Shown here: in pieces, positions 10,792-20,743 of the stretch
Numbering within the stretch: position 1 is the stretch's first letter
Layout of the letters: every line of letters starts with the position of its first letter
From: Nitrospirota bacterium
GTDB taxonomy: Bacteria; Nitrospirota; UBA9217
DNA length: 64,000 bases
NCBI GenBank assembly: GCA_963790205.1
Contig: CAWBNQ010000014.1
Location: 288,001 to 352,000 of the forward strand
Direction of reading: 5' to 3'
Program-made: the position numbers and the translations under genes
The notes under the pieces: model-generated
What the model was told of the DNA's origin: nothing
What the model saw: the letters and a program-made list of their open reading frames with translations, nothing else
Databases searched by the model: none

Positions 10792-11970
10792 TTACCAGCT
10801 TGGCAGCCCTGCCGCCTTCCTCAGGATCGCCACAACATCTGCAAGATCTATCTTGCCGTCAGGATGACGCTGACCACCGGCCAGAGGCGCCACATCACCA
10901 TGTGCGATATCGGATGCCGTGGGCGTGTCAAGCCCGGCTGCGATCCGGAGCACCTTGAGCGCGTCGGTCATATCCACGATGCCGTCACCGTTTAAATCGC
11001 CATCAGCATTGTCCACGGTAAAGGCGGTGCCCGGTCCTGCTGCGGCTGCAACATTGCCGGCCTGATCGCTTGCGCTGCCCGCTGCTATTGATATGCCGAG
11101 CGTGCCGTTTCCGGTGATGTTGGAGATGGTGACCGTCCTCGTGCCGTTGCCTGAACCGGTGACCGCGACCGTTCCATCGGCTGTCCCGGTCTTGTTCAGC
11201 GTCACGTTCCCGGCTACCAGGCTCACGCTGTCCGCTCCGGTGTAGGTCACGGTGAAGGTCACCGGTCCGCTCTTCGTTGTGGACGACGAGGGCGCGCCGA
11301 TCGCCACGGTCGGCGCTATGGTGTCATAGGTCCGGCTGAACTGAGTTGCCGCCGCATTGCCGTTATTCGCTGCGTCGTGCGCCACGCCCGCCGCTATGTC
11401 AATCGTCACTGCACCATTATTGATAGGCAGAACAGTGACTGTGTACGTCGTGCCGCTGACCGCCGTAAATAAGCCAAGGGTGCCGTTGCCGATGGTCACA
11501 TCGCCGCTGTCAAAGCCGGTCACTGGCTTGCTGAAGGTAACCGTAACCGGTATCGGCGAGGTATTGGTCGGATTCGGGGCTGTTGAGCTGATCGTCACCG
11601 TCGGCACGATCGTATCTACTACTACCGTCTGCGCCAAGCCGGACACAGCTGATACGTTGCCTGCCGCGTCCTTTGCCCACGGATAGAGCGTGTAGCTTCC
11701 GTCACCTGCCACGGTATAGGTGGTCGGCTTTGTCCCTGACCAGCCGGCAGCCCCCGGCAACGGCGGGGTCGCCGATGTCGTTATCAAGTAGCCTGTTACT
11801 GTGCTGATGGTGTCGGTCGCGGTGAATGCCGTTATCGGTATGTTCACGCTCCCTGTAGGCGTTGTCGCGGTGAATCCCGTCACGACCGGCGCTATGGTGT
11901 CATAGATCCTGCTGAACTGGGTTGCCGCTGTGTTGAAGTTGCCTGCCGCATCCTGCGCCACGCCGGCCGC
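10792..11970. repeat. About 1.2 kb near-identical direct repeat (copy 1 of 15085-~16260)
   Basis: Aligns at offset 4293, long perfect stretch, small indel near 11790-11810. Confidence 0.9.
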
Positions 11971-14277
11971 TATGTTAATCGTCACCGCACCGCTGGCATT
12001 GGGCGAAACATTGAAGGAGTAAGATACGCCGCTGCCGCTAAAGCCCGACATGGTGCCGTTGGTGACGACCACTTCGCCACTGGTGAAGCCCGTTACCGCT
12101 TCGCTGAATTGTACGGTCACTGGTATCGGTGTTGTATTGGTCGGTCCTGAGACCGTTGAGCTGATCGTCACGGTCGGCGGTGTCGTATCTACTACTACTG
12201 TCCGCGGCGAACCGAATACGGCCGACACGTTGCCCGCGTCGTCTTGCGCCCAGGGATAGAGCGTGTAGCTTCCGTCGCTTGCCACGGTATAGGTGGTCGG
12301 AGGCGTTCCTGACCAGTTGGCGTCTCCCACTGATGGCGGGGTCGCCGATTGCGTTATCAGGTAGCTGTTGACGACGCTGTTGTCGGTCGCCGTGAATGTC
12401 GTTATCGGTATGTTCAATTTATTTGTCGGCGTTGTCGCGACGAATCCCGTCACGGACGGCGCCGCCGTATCTATTATTACTGTCACGGAAGGCTCCGTCG
12501 CTGCATACTTCCGTACCAGGACGTTGTTGAACTCGGCTACTGTATCATTCGCGCCATAGAGCGCAATACTGTTGCCCAGGCCGGTTGAACCGGTGCTCTG
12601 CAGAGCGAGCACGTCATCCTTGTACACGTCGACCTTGTTGCCATACGCCTTTATTGAGAGCTTATACCACGTGTTTGCATCAACCGCGCCTGTTGCCGTT
12701 CCCGTTTGTGAGCTCTCGATTCCATCTACCCAATCGGTTACCTTCAGTTGGTCATCGGTCCCGTCCAGGCTGACCAGGTCAAGGCTGTCCTGGTCCGTGG
12801 CCCGCACGCCGAGGCCCCAGACCCCGCCAACAAGCTGCTTGCCATAGGCCTCCAGCACGTAATCGCTCCCTTGGTACGAAGAGAGAAGTGCTTGTCGAAT
12901 AGAACTCCCGATAGAGACCTGCGCTACGCCGCCAACGGAACCATCCTGCTGGGTATCAGTGATGATCCCCCACGTGCCGCTCGTTGCTTGCCACTTGCCT
13001 GTATCCAAGGCCTTTTCCTGGATTTGCAATCTTCCCGCGGTCAGATCGGCCACTCGATGGTCCAGGGTCCAGGTTGTTCCCAGCTCGCAGTAATACTCGT
13101 GGAGCTCATTTCCAATAACATACTGGAACATGCAGGCGGCGCCATTGTCGAGAACCGGGTTGCCGGGCAGAAGCGAGAATCCGCTCGTAGGAGAAGTACT
13201 GGCGTAGACCAGTACATTCCAAAGACCGGAAATGTCCAGGACTTCAGTGCTCAAAAAGTATGTCCCGTTGTAGTAGAGCATGTTGGGAGCGGCCAGGGTA
13301 GTGTCGGATCGCAGGACGACGGCTTCCGAGCCTGGATCGTCCAATCCCTCGGGTGTGGCAGCGCTTCGCACGTGGATCTCCCATAACGTTGTACCGGCGC
13401 CGTGGTACCAATAGAGGTAATACTTCCCGTCGTTCGGGTCATGAAAGAGATTGGGATTCTGGTTCGCAAACCCGGACAGCGGCTGCACAATGGTCTTCAC
13501 GTCGCTGAAGTTGATGCCGTCGCTGCTTTCGGCCAGGTTGATATAGCTCGTGGCGCAGTAATCCTTGGTATAGAGCATGTAATAGGTGTTTCCAACCTTC
13601 TGGACCGACGGCCATCTCCCGTTCAAAAAGAGGGGGTTGCCGGAATACTTGGTCCACGTGACAAGGTCATCGCTGTATGCCAGTCCCACGCCTCCGCAGC
13701 CGGCCTGAAGACCGTAGTAGCCCCAGTAGGTGTAGCCTCCGCTGTTGTTCTCTATGACGCTCAGGGTGTGCGGCGCCGAATCTTCCCAGGATTGGTCCTG
13801 CGCCAGCACGGTCTGTGGATCTCCAAGTCTGTAATAGCCGGGCACCGTGGTCCCCGTGGTCCCCGACTCAAAATCATCGAAGAACTCAAACGTGGCATTG
13901 CCATTCGAGGCGCTGACTGCGGACGCGTTGCCGTAATACAGGTACAGGGTTGCAGAGCCGACGGCCGCTATGGAAGGCACTTTCACCCAGAGGCTGGCAC
14001 TCTTGTTGGCGGAATCCCACTTCTCGATCCAGAACGGAACAAGGGTAGTGCCGTCATCGCTCGTAAGACGCACATCGGAGCCATCGCTCTTTGCCTTGGT
14101 AAAGTCAAAGGAGCTGTCCAGCACGATATGCACCTGGAAGTCGGTCAGGGTTGTGCCGCCCGGATTGTTGACGGTCACGGCGCTGCGATTGCTCCACGCC
14201 GGAGCAAGCCAGGCCGCCTGCGCCTTAACAGGAAGGAATATGAGAGCCATCGCAAATAGCAAACCATAAAGCGGCAT
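10792..14277 (-). CDS. Secreted DUF2341/beta-propeller/lectin protein with Ig-like repeats and C-terminal dockerin-like domain
   Basis: Hydrophobic leader ..VKAQAA, DTxxPTVTI Ig-like repeats, C-terminus GDLNGDGIVDMTDALKVLR...GDVAP...PDGKIDLADVVAILRK. Confidence 0.85.
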   Translation of the reverse strand: MPLYGLLFAMALIFLPVKAQAAWLAPAWSNRSAVTVNNPGGTTLTDFQVHIVLDSSFDFTKAKSDGSDVRLTSDDGTTLVPFWIEKWDSANKSASLWVKVPSIAAVGSATLYLYYGNASAVSASNGNATFEFFDDFESGTTGTTVPGYYRLGDPQTVLAQDQSWEDSAPHTLSVIENNSGGYTYWGYYGLQAGCGGVGLAYSDDLVTWTKYSGNPLFLNGRWPSVQKVGNTYYMLYTKDYCATSYINLAESSDGINFSDVKTIVQPLSGFANQNPNLFHDPNDGKYYLYWYHGAGTTLWEIHVRSAATPEGLDDPGSEAVVLRSDTTLAAPNMLYYNGTYFLSTEVLDISGLWNVLVYASTSPTSGFSLLPGNPVLDNGAACMFQYVIGNELHEYYCELGTTWTLDHRVADLTAGRLQIQEKALDTGKWQATSGTWGIITDTQQDGSVGGVAQVSIGSSIRQALLSSYQGSDYVLEAYGKQLVGGVWGLGVRATDQDSLDLVSLDGTDDQLKVTDWVDGIESSQTGTATGAVDANTWYKLSIKAYGNKVDVYKDDVLALQSTGSTGLGNSIALYGANDTVAEFNNVLVRKYAATEPSVTVIIDTAAPSVTGFVATTPTNKLNIPITTFTATDNSVVNSYLITQSATPPSVGDANWSGTPPTTYTVASDGSYTLYPWAQDDAGNVSAVFGSPRTVVVDTTPPTVTISSTVSGPTNTTPIPVTVQFSEAVTGFTSGEVVVTNGTMSGFSGSGVSYSFNVSPNASGAVTINIAAGVAQDAAGNFNTAATQFSRIYDTIAPVVTGFTATTPTGSVNIPITAFTATDTISTVTGYLITTSATPPLPGAAGWSGTKPTTYTVAGDGSYTLYPWAKDAAGNVSAVSGLAQTVVVDTIVPTVTISSTAPNPTNTSPIPVTVTFSKPVTGFDSGDVTIGNGTLGLFTAVSGTTYTVTVLPINNGAVTIDIAAGVAHDAANNGNAAATQFSRTYDTIAPTVAIGAPSSSTTKSGPVTFTVTYTGADSVSLVAGNVTLNKTGTADGTVAVTGSGNGTRTVTISNITGNGTLGISIAAGSASDQAGNVAAAAGPGTAFTVDNADGDLNGDGIVDMTDALKVLRIAAGLDTPTASDIAHGDVAPLAGGQRHPDGKIDLADVVAILRKAAGLPSW
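13275..14172. repeat. About 0.9 kb near-identical direct repeat (copy 2 of 9613-10510)
   Basis: Shared N-terminal coding region of two paralogs. Confidence 0.9.
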
Positions 14278-14381
14278 TATTGTTCCCTTCCCGATACGGA
14301 GCAGTTGTCAGGGGCTAGGCAGTCCGCGCCCGCCGAGAGCTTTGTTGATATGCTCGCCCGAGTCGTCATGCTGAAGCCTGC

Positions 14382-14945
14382 TTACTTGACCACCGCTGTT
14401 GCTGACAGGGACAGTTCCCCGGTCAGAACTACGGTAGATGGAAGCGATGGGTTGCTAAGATCGGTACCGGTTGCATCATCGAGCGTTGGTTGTACAAAAC
14501 TCGATGCCGTTGGATAATGGCCCGCAGCGATATTACCGTTCACTTTACAGAACGGTCCAGGGTCAAAACCAGCTCCGGTTATCGGATCAAAATTTATGAT
14601 AGAGATCTTCACCTTTCCGGGGAATGTTCCTGTTGCCGCAGTGTAGACGCCCAAGATCGTGATGTTTGATGCCGTGCCTGTTGTGGCTGTCACAACACCA
14701 TCATCAGTTAGTGGCGCGTTCACCGAACTCTTGACTGTCACTCCTGCAGGGAGGGTGACCGTAACGTCATATGCGTTGATCGTGGTAGTTGCCGGAATCG
14801 TGCCCGCGGTCGAAAGCGTGAGGACGGCGGTGGTAGGCTGTGAAACCGTGACGCCGCCCCCTCCGCTGCCGCCGCTGCCGCAGGCTGCAAGCAAAGTGAG
14901 TGTTAGAGCAAAAACCATCAGGCTTGATAGGGCTGTTTTTTTCAT
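14382..14945 (-). CDS. Lipoprotein with putative cohesin-like beta-sandwich domain
   Basis: GGAGG RBS, MKKTALSS...LLAAC lipobox, Gly-rich linker, then an all-beta pattern (TAVLTLST, INAYDVTVTLP, GKVKISII, PFCKVNG). The lipoprotein call is firm; the cohesin fold is inferred. Confidence 0.7.
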   Translation of the reverse strand: MKKTALSSLMVFALTLTLLAACGSGGSGGGGVTVSQPTTAVLTLSTAGTIPATTTINAYDVTVTLPAGVTVKSSVNAPLTDDGVVTATTGTASNITILGVYTAATGTFPGKVKISIINFDPITGAGFDPGPFCKVNGNIAAGHYPTASSFVQPTLDDATGTDLSNPSLPSTVVLTGELSLSATAVVK

Positions 14946-15084
14946 TTTCTTATCCTCCATAAAGAAATAGTTCGCGTTGTCTGAAGGCTGCCGAGTTTCA
15001 GAGAATAACATATACTGACAGGACCACTGGATTACATCGGTATGACATACTGACCTTGCCGTGATCCTGTCAGAAAGTATTGTG

Positions 15085-16260
15085 TTACCAGCTTGGCAGC
15101 AGCGCCGCCTTCCTCAGGATCGCCACCACGTCCCCGAGGTCGATCTTCCCGTCAGGATGGCGCACGCCGCTTACCAGAGGCGCCACATCGCCATGGGCGA
15201 TATCGGATGCCGTGGGCGTGTCAAGCCCGGCCGCGATCCGGAGCACCTTGAGCGCATCGGTCATATCCACGATGCCGTCACCGTTTAAATCGCCATCAGC
15301 ATTGTCCACGGTAAAGGCGGTGCCCGGTCCTGCTGCGGCTGCAACATTGCCGGCCTGATCGCTTGCGCTGCCCGCTGCTATTGATATGCCGAGCGTGCCG
15401 TTTCCGGTGATGTTGGAGATGGTGACCGTCCTCGTGCCGTTGCCTGAACCGGTGACCGCGACCGTTCCATCGGCTGTCCCGGTCTTGTTCAGCGTCACGT
15501 TCCCGGCTACCAGGCTCACGCTGTCCGCTCCGGTGTAGGTCACGGTGAAGGTCACCGGTCCGCTCTTCGTTGTGGACGACGAGGGCGCGCCGATCGCCAC
15601 GGTCGGCGCTATGGTGTCATAGGTCCGGCTGAACTGAGTTGCCGCCGCATTGCCGTTATTCGCTGCGTCGTGCGCCACGCCCGCCGCTATGTCAATCGTC
15701 ACTGCACCATTATTGATAGGCAGAACAGTGACTGTGTACGTCGTGCCGCTGACCGCCGTAAATAAGCCAAGGGTGCCGTTGCCGATGGTCACATCGCCGC
15801 TGTCAAAGCCGGTCACTGGCTTGCTGAAGGTAACCGTAACCGGTATCGGCGAGGTATTGGTCGGATTCGGGGCTGTTGAGCTGATCGTCACCGTCGGCAC
15901 GATCGTATCTACTACTACCGTCTGCGCCAAGCCGGACACAGCTGATACGTTGCCTGCCGCGTCCTTTGCCCACGGATAGAGCGTGTAGCTTCCGTCACCT
16001 GCCACGGTATAGGTGGTCGGAGGTGTCCCTGACCAGCCGGCAGCCCCCGGCAACGGCGGGGTCGCCGAGGTCGTTATCATATAGCCAGTGACACCGACGC
16101 TGTCGGTCGCGGTGAATGCCGTTATCGGTATGTTCACGCTCCCTGTAGGCGTTGTCGCGGTGAATCCCGTCACGACCGGCGCTATGGTGTCATAGATCCT
16201 GCTGAACTGGGTTGCCGCTGTGTTGCCGTTGCCTGCCGCATCCTGCGCCACGCCCGCCGC
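15085..16260. repeat. About 1.2 kb near-identical direct repeat (copy 2 of 10792-11970)
   Basis: Shared C-terminal coding region of two paralogs. Confidence 0.9.
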
Positions 16261-18627
16261 TATGTCGATCGTCACCGCGCCATTATTGGTAGGCGCGACG
16301 TTGAAGGTGTACGTCGTGCCGCTGACCGCTGTAACTAAGTCAAGGGCGCCGTTGCCGATAACCACGTCGCTGCCGGTAAAGCCTGTCACCACTTCGCTGA
16401 AGGTCACGGTCACTGGGATCGGTGATGTATTGGTCGGTCCTGTGCCTGTTGAGCTGATCGTCACGGTCGGCGGTATCGTATCTACCACGACTGTCCGCGG
16501 CGAACCGAATAGGGCCGACACGTTGCCTGCATCGTCTTTCGCCCAGGGATAGAGCGTGTAGCTTCCGTCGCTTGCCACGGTATAGGTTGCCGGAGGTGTC
16601 CCTGACCAGTTGGCGTCTCCCACCGATGGCGGGGTCGCCGATTGAGTTATCATATAGCCGCTGATGCCGACACCGACGCCGGAGCCGTCGTCTGCCGTGA
16701 ATGCCGTTACCGGTATGTTCTTGCTCGATGACGGCGTTGTAGCGGTGAATCCTGTCACGGTGGGCGGTATCGCATCGACTATTACTGCTACAGAAGGTTC
16801 CGTCGCAGCATATTTCCGAACGAGGACGTTATTGAACTCAGCCACCGCTTCCTTCTCGCCATAGAGCGCAATCTTGCTGCCCAGGCTGGATGAATCGGTG
16901 GTTGAAAGTATTGACACATCGTCCTTGTAAACGTCGATCGCGTTGCCATGTGATTTTACCGAGAGTTTGTACCACGTATTGGCATCGACCGTTCCTGTCG
17001 CCGCGCTTGCCAGGAAAGTGTTAGTGCTCGCGGTGGCCAAATTATATACATACAGATTGTCGGTCCCATCAAGGTCATTATAGAGGTTGATCCAAGCAAG
17101 GTCGTTCTGATCCGTGGCCCGCACGCCCAGGCCCCAGACGCGGCCAAGGATCTGCTTACCATAGGCCTCCAGCACATAATCGCTCCCCGAATAGCTGGAA
17201 AGGAGAACTTGTCGAATGTCATTGGTGCCGATAAAGCCCTGTACCACTCCTCCCGAGGAACCATCCTGCTGGGTATCGGTGACGATCCCCCAGGTGCCGC
17301 CCGTCGCGCTCCACTTGGTTGCATCAAAGGCCTTTTCTGTTATCTGCTGTCTTGTGGTCACATCGGCCACTCGATGTTCCAGGGTCCAGGTGCTCCCCGT
17401 TAACTTGCAGGAGTAGTCGTGGAGCTGAGTCCCGAAAACATGCTGGAACATACAGGCAGAATTATTATTGAGCACGGGGTTGCCGGGCAGAAGCGAGAAC
17501 CCGCTCGTGGCAGAATCGCTGGCGTAGACCTGTACGCCCCAATTACCCGAACCGTCTACGATCTCGGTGCTCAAAAAAAATGTCCCGTTGTAGTAGAGCA
17601 CATTGGGAGCGGCCAGGATGCCGTAGGATTGCAGCACTGGAACATCTGAAGCCGTATCCAGATCTTCGGGGGTTGCCGCGCTTCTGGCAAAAATTTGATT
17701 GAGCGGCTGTCCTATTTGGTTCTTAAACCAGTAGATATAATACTGACTGCCGTCGTAGAAAAGATTCGGGTTCTGATTCGAGAAGCCGGACACTCCGGAC
17801 ACAATGGTCTTCACGTCAGTGAAATTGATCCCGTCCGTGCTGGTGGCAAGAACAATAGAACTGCTGTCAGTGCCGAAACCTTGCTCATAGAGCATGTAAA
17901 AGGTGCTTCCCACCATCAGGACTGACGGCCATCTCTTGTCCGTCGAGAGGGGGTTGCTGGAATACGTGGCCCAGGTCGTCAGGTCATCACTATAGGCCAA
18001 CCCAATACCTTCGTTTCCTACGAGACCGTAGTAGCCCCAGTATTTATGGCCTCCGAATGAGCCTCCGGGGGTCGGCTCCACGACACTGAGGGTATGAGGC
18101 ACATCCGACATCTCCCACGACTGACTTTGAGTGAGCACGGTCTGGGGAGCTCCCAGATTGAAATAGCCGGTCAACGTGGTCCCCGTGGATCCGGTTTCAA
18201 AATCGTCAAAGAACTCGAAGGTGCTGCTGCCATTCGATATGCTGGCTGCGGACGCGTTGCCGTAATACAGGTACAGGGTCGTGTTGCCGACCGGAAGTGA
18301 AGGCGCCTTCACCCAGATGCTGGCACTCTTGTTGACGGAATCCCACTTCTCGATCCAGAAATTATTAATAAGGGTAGTGCCATCGCTGCCCGTGAAACGC
18401 ACATCGGAGCCATCGCTCTTTGCCTTGGTAAAGTCAAAGGAGTTGTCCAGCACGACATGCACCTGGAAGTCTGCCAGGTCCGTGCCGCCCGAATTGCCGA
18501 CGGTGACGGCAAGGCGACCGCTCCATGCCGGGTCATACCACGCGGCATGAACCTCTCCGGGGGCCAATAGCTGAACCGTCAATACCGAGACAAAAAACCA
18601 TAGGGCAATTAAAATATTCCTTCTCAT
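15085..18627 (-). CDS. Secreted DUF2341/beta-propeller/lectin protein with Ig-like repeats and C-terminal dockerin-like domain
   Basis: AGGAGG RBS, signal peptide MRRNILIALW...VHAA, same architecture and dockerin-like tail as 10792-14277. Confidence 0.88.
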   Translation of the reverse strand: MRRNILIALWFFVSVLTVQLLAPGEVHAAWYDPAWSGRLAVTVGNSGGTDLADFQVHVVLDNSFDFTKAKSDGSDVRFTGSDGTTLINNFWIEKWDSVNKSASIWVKAPSLPVGNTTLYLYYGNASAASISNGSSTFEFFDDFETGSTGTTLTGYFNLGAPQTVLTQSQSWEMSDVPHTLSVVEPTPGGSFGGHKYWGYYGLVGNEGIGLAYSDDLTTWATYSSNPLSTDKRWPSVLMVGSTFYMLYEQGFGTDSSSIVLATSTDGINFTDVKTIVSGVSGFSNQNPNLFYDGSQYYIYWFKNQIGQPLNQIFARSAATPEDLDTASDVPVLQSYGILAAPNVLYYNGTFFLSTEIVDGSGNWGVQVYASDSATSGFSLLPGNPVLNNNSACMFQHVFGTQLHDYSCKLTGSTWTLEHRVADVTTRQQITEKAFDATKWSATGGTWGIVTDTQQDGSSGGVVQGFIGTNDIRQVLLSSYSGSDYVLEAYGKQILGRVWGLGVRATDQNDLAWINLYNDLDGTDNLYVYNLATASTNTFLASAATGTVDANTWYKLSVKSHGNAIDVYKDDVSILSTTDSSSLGSKIALYGEKEAVAEFNNVLVRKYAATEPSVAVIVDAIPPTVTGFTATTPSSSKNIPVTAFTADDGSGVGVGISGYMITQSATPPSVGDANWSGTPPATYTVASDGSYTLYPWAKDDAGNVSALFGSPRTVVVDTIPPTVTISSTGTGPTNTSPIPVTVTFSEVVTGFTGSDVVIGNGALDLVTAVSGTTYTFNVAPTNNGAVTIDIAAGVAQDAAGNGNTAATQFSRIYDTIAPVVTGFTATTPTGSVNIPITAFTATDSVGVTGYMITTSATPPLPGAAGWSGTPPTTYTVAGDGSYTLYPWAKDAAGNVSAVSGLAQTVVVDTIVPTVTISSTAPNPTNTSPIPVTVTFSKPVTGFDSGDVTIGNGTLGLFTAVSGTTYTVTVLPINNGAVTIDIAAGVAHDAANNGNAAATQFSRTYDTIAPTVAIGAPSSSTTKSGPVTFTVTYTGADSVSLVAGNVTLNKTGTADGTVAVTGSGNGTRTVTISNITGNGTLGISIAAGSASDQAGNVAAAAGPGTAFTVDNADGDLNGDGIVDMTDALKVLRIAAGLDTPTASDIAHGDVAPLVSGVRHPDGKIDLGDVVAILRKAALLPSW

Positions 18628-18744
18628 ATTGATTTCCTCCTTTGACATCCTGGAATGGTTGTTATGCGTACTATGGCATACACGATAGTGCAGAAGTGAT
18701 TGGGCGCAATGAGCAAATGTACAGATACAGATCTGGGAGGCAGG

Positions 18745-19512
18745 TTAACGAGTCGTAATGGATCCAAACCGTCTGACCAGCATTAATCGCAGCGTATTGA
18801 TCACCGTTCGACCGACCTTCATGCTGGAACTTCCCCTCTTGAAGTCGTACCGCAATATCATCGGGACCTCCCCGACGATGGGATCGAACCGCCTGAGCTT
18901 GATAAGAATGTCGGACATGCACTGAAATCCCTGCTGATCGATGAATTTGTCCCCATATTCTCCAAAGGCCCTGCGGAGCAGGTCCGCGCGATAGGCCCTG
19001 AAACCGCACGTGTAATCCCGGGTCCCTCTCATGGGGAAGACGGTCCTCATCATCATGCTGGCTCCCACACTCGTCAACCTGCGCAGCCAGCTCAATCCGA
19101 CCACCCGTGCGCCGTCCCTGAACCGCGAGGCGATGACGATGTCGTGTCCTTCAAGCACCTTCTGCACCATCGAGGGGATCAACCCGGCGGGCTGCGTATT
19201 GTCCGCATCCATGGTGATGACGATATCCCCGGGCTTCGCTTCGTTCACCGCTTTCTGGAGAGCATCCCTGATGGTCGGACCCAGGCCCTGATTCTGCTCA
19301 TGCACCACGATCTCCAGGGGGATCTTCTTTGCATATTCCCTCAGGATATTCCGTGTCTGATCAACGCTGCCGTCATCCACAACGACATACAGGCGATCGA
19401 ACCCATAGCCCAGCGCCAGGCCGATGACATTCTCGAAGGTGTCCAGCAATGCGCCGATATTGAGGGCCTCGTTATATGCGGGCAACGCAATGATGATCCT
19501 GGGTCTGCTCAT
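18745..19512 (-). CDS. GT2 glycosyltransferase, DPM1/polyprenol-phosphate glycosyltransferase-like
   Basis: ALPAYNEA, VVVDDGSVD, NQGLG, TMDAD, IVIASRF, DYTCGFRAYR; GAAGGAG RBS before 19512. Confidence 0.9.
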   Translation of the reverse strand: MSRPRIIIALPAYNEALNIGALLDTFENVIGLALGYGFDRLYVVVDDGSVDQTRNILREYAKKIPLEIVVHEQNQGLGPTIRDALQKAVNEAKPGDIVITMDADNTQPAGLIPSMVQKVLEGHDIVIASRFRDGARVVGLSWLRRLTSVGASMMMRTVFPMRGTRDYTCGFRAYRADLLRRAFGEYGDKFIDQQGFQCMSDILIKLRRFDPIVGEVPMILRYDFKRGSSSMKVGRTVINTLRLMLVRRFGSITTR

Positions 19513-19558
19513 ACGGTAATCTCCTTCCCGGCGACTCGCGACCGTGTGCGGGTCAGCG

Positions 19559-20704
19559 TCATGCATGAAGTCTTGTTTGACCATTGCCGTCAAAGGCGCG
19601 TTCCAGCACCTCAAGAATCCTTTTCGACGCCAGGCCGTCCCCGTAGGGATTATCGCCTGTCGCCATCCGGCTGTAATGATCGGGATCGTTCAGCAAAGCG
19701 AAGGCCTCTCGAACGATGGTTTCCCGGGACGTTCCAACCAGCCTGGTCACCCCCCGGTCCACCCCCTCGGTCCGTTCCGTGACTTCCCTCATCACCAGCA
19801 CCGGCTTGGAAAGCGAAGGCGCCTCTTCCTGTACTCCGCCGGAATCGGTAAGGATGATGTACGACCTGTTCATCAAATAGATCATGGTGGGATAATCGAC
19901 GGGTTCTATGAGATGAATATTCTTCCTGTTGCCGAGTATGCGAAATACCGGTTCCCTGACATTGGGATTGAGATGCACCGGGTAGATGATCTCGACCCGA
20001 TCATCCTGAGCTATCTCGCGCAATGCAGAGCATATGCTTTCAAATGGGCTGCCAAAACTTTCTCGACGGTGGCCGGTCACCAGGAGTATTTTTCTTGAGA
20101 AATCGATGTCCTTCAGTGCCGGGGTGATATGTTCCATACTCATGGTGTTTACTTCCTTTAGCCCCAACAGGAGCGCATCGACGACCGTATTGCCCACGAC
20201 ATATATCTTCTCACGGGAAATTCCCTCCTTCAGCAGGTTGCTCGCGGCCCGCTCGGTGGGCGCAAAATGGTAATCAGAGAGATGGGTCGCCAGCACCCTG
20301 TTGACCTCTTCCGGATAGGGGGAGAACCGCACATTGCTCCTCAGCCCTGCTTCGATATGCGCGACGGAGATCCTGTGATAGAATGCGGTAAGGGCGCCGA
20401 TCATGGTTGTCGTCGTGTCGCCTTGAACAATGACCAGGTCCGGTTTCACCTCCTCCATCACCGTGCCAAGGGACCGCAGGGTACAGGACGCAAGCTCATG
20501 GAGGGTCTGGTTCCGCTGCATGAGATGGAGGTCGTAGTCAGGAATCAAGTGGAAAAAATCCAGGACCTGCTGCAGCATTTCCTGATGCTGGCCTGTTGAG
20601 CACACCCGGGTAATAAAGCGGTCCGATGCCCTGGCTTGATGGATGAGGGGCGCCAGCTTGATCGCTTCCGGACGTGTTCCAAAAATGAAGAGGATCGTCG
20701 GCAT
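19559..20704 (-). CDS. wecB: UDP-N-acetylglucosamine 2-epimerase (non-hydrolysing)
   Basis: FGTRPEAIKLAP, VQGDTTT, HIEAGLRS, PEEVNR, TGHRRE, TDSGGVQEEA, NPYGDG. Confidence 0.95.
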   Translation of the reverse strand: MPTILFIFGTRPEAIKLAPLIHQARASDRFITRVCSTGQHQEMLQQVLDFFHLIPDYDLHLMQRNQTLHELASCTLRSLGTVMEEVKPDLVIVQGDTTTTMIGALTAFYHRISVAHIEAGLRSNVRFSPYPEEVNRVLATHLSDYHFAPTERAASNLLKEGISREKIYVVGNTVVDALLLGLKEVNTMSMEHITPALKDIDFSRKILLVTGHRRESFGSPFESICSALREIAQDDRVEIIYPVHLNPNVREPVFRILGNRKNIHLIEPVDYPTMIYLMNRSYIILTDSGGVQEEAPSLSKPVLVMREVTERTEGVDRGVTRLVGTSRETIVREAFALLNDPDHYSRMATGDNPYGDGLASKRILEVLERAFDGNGQTRLHA

Positions 20705-20743
20705 TTTATCTCCGTTCAACGCCGGCCTTCGGCGCAGCTCGCT

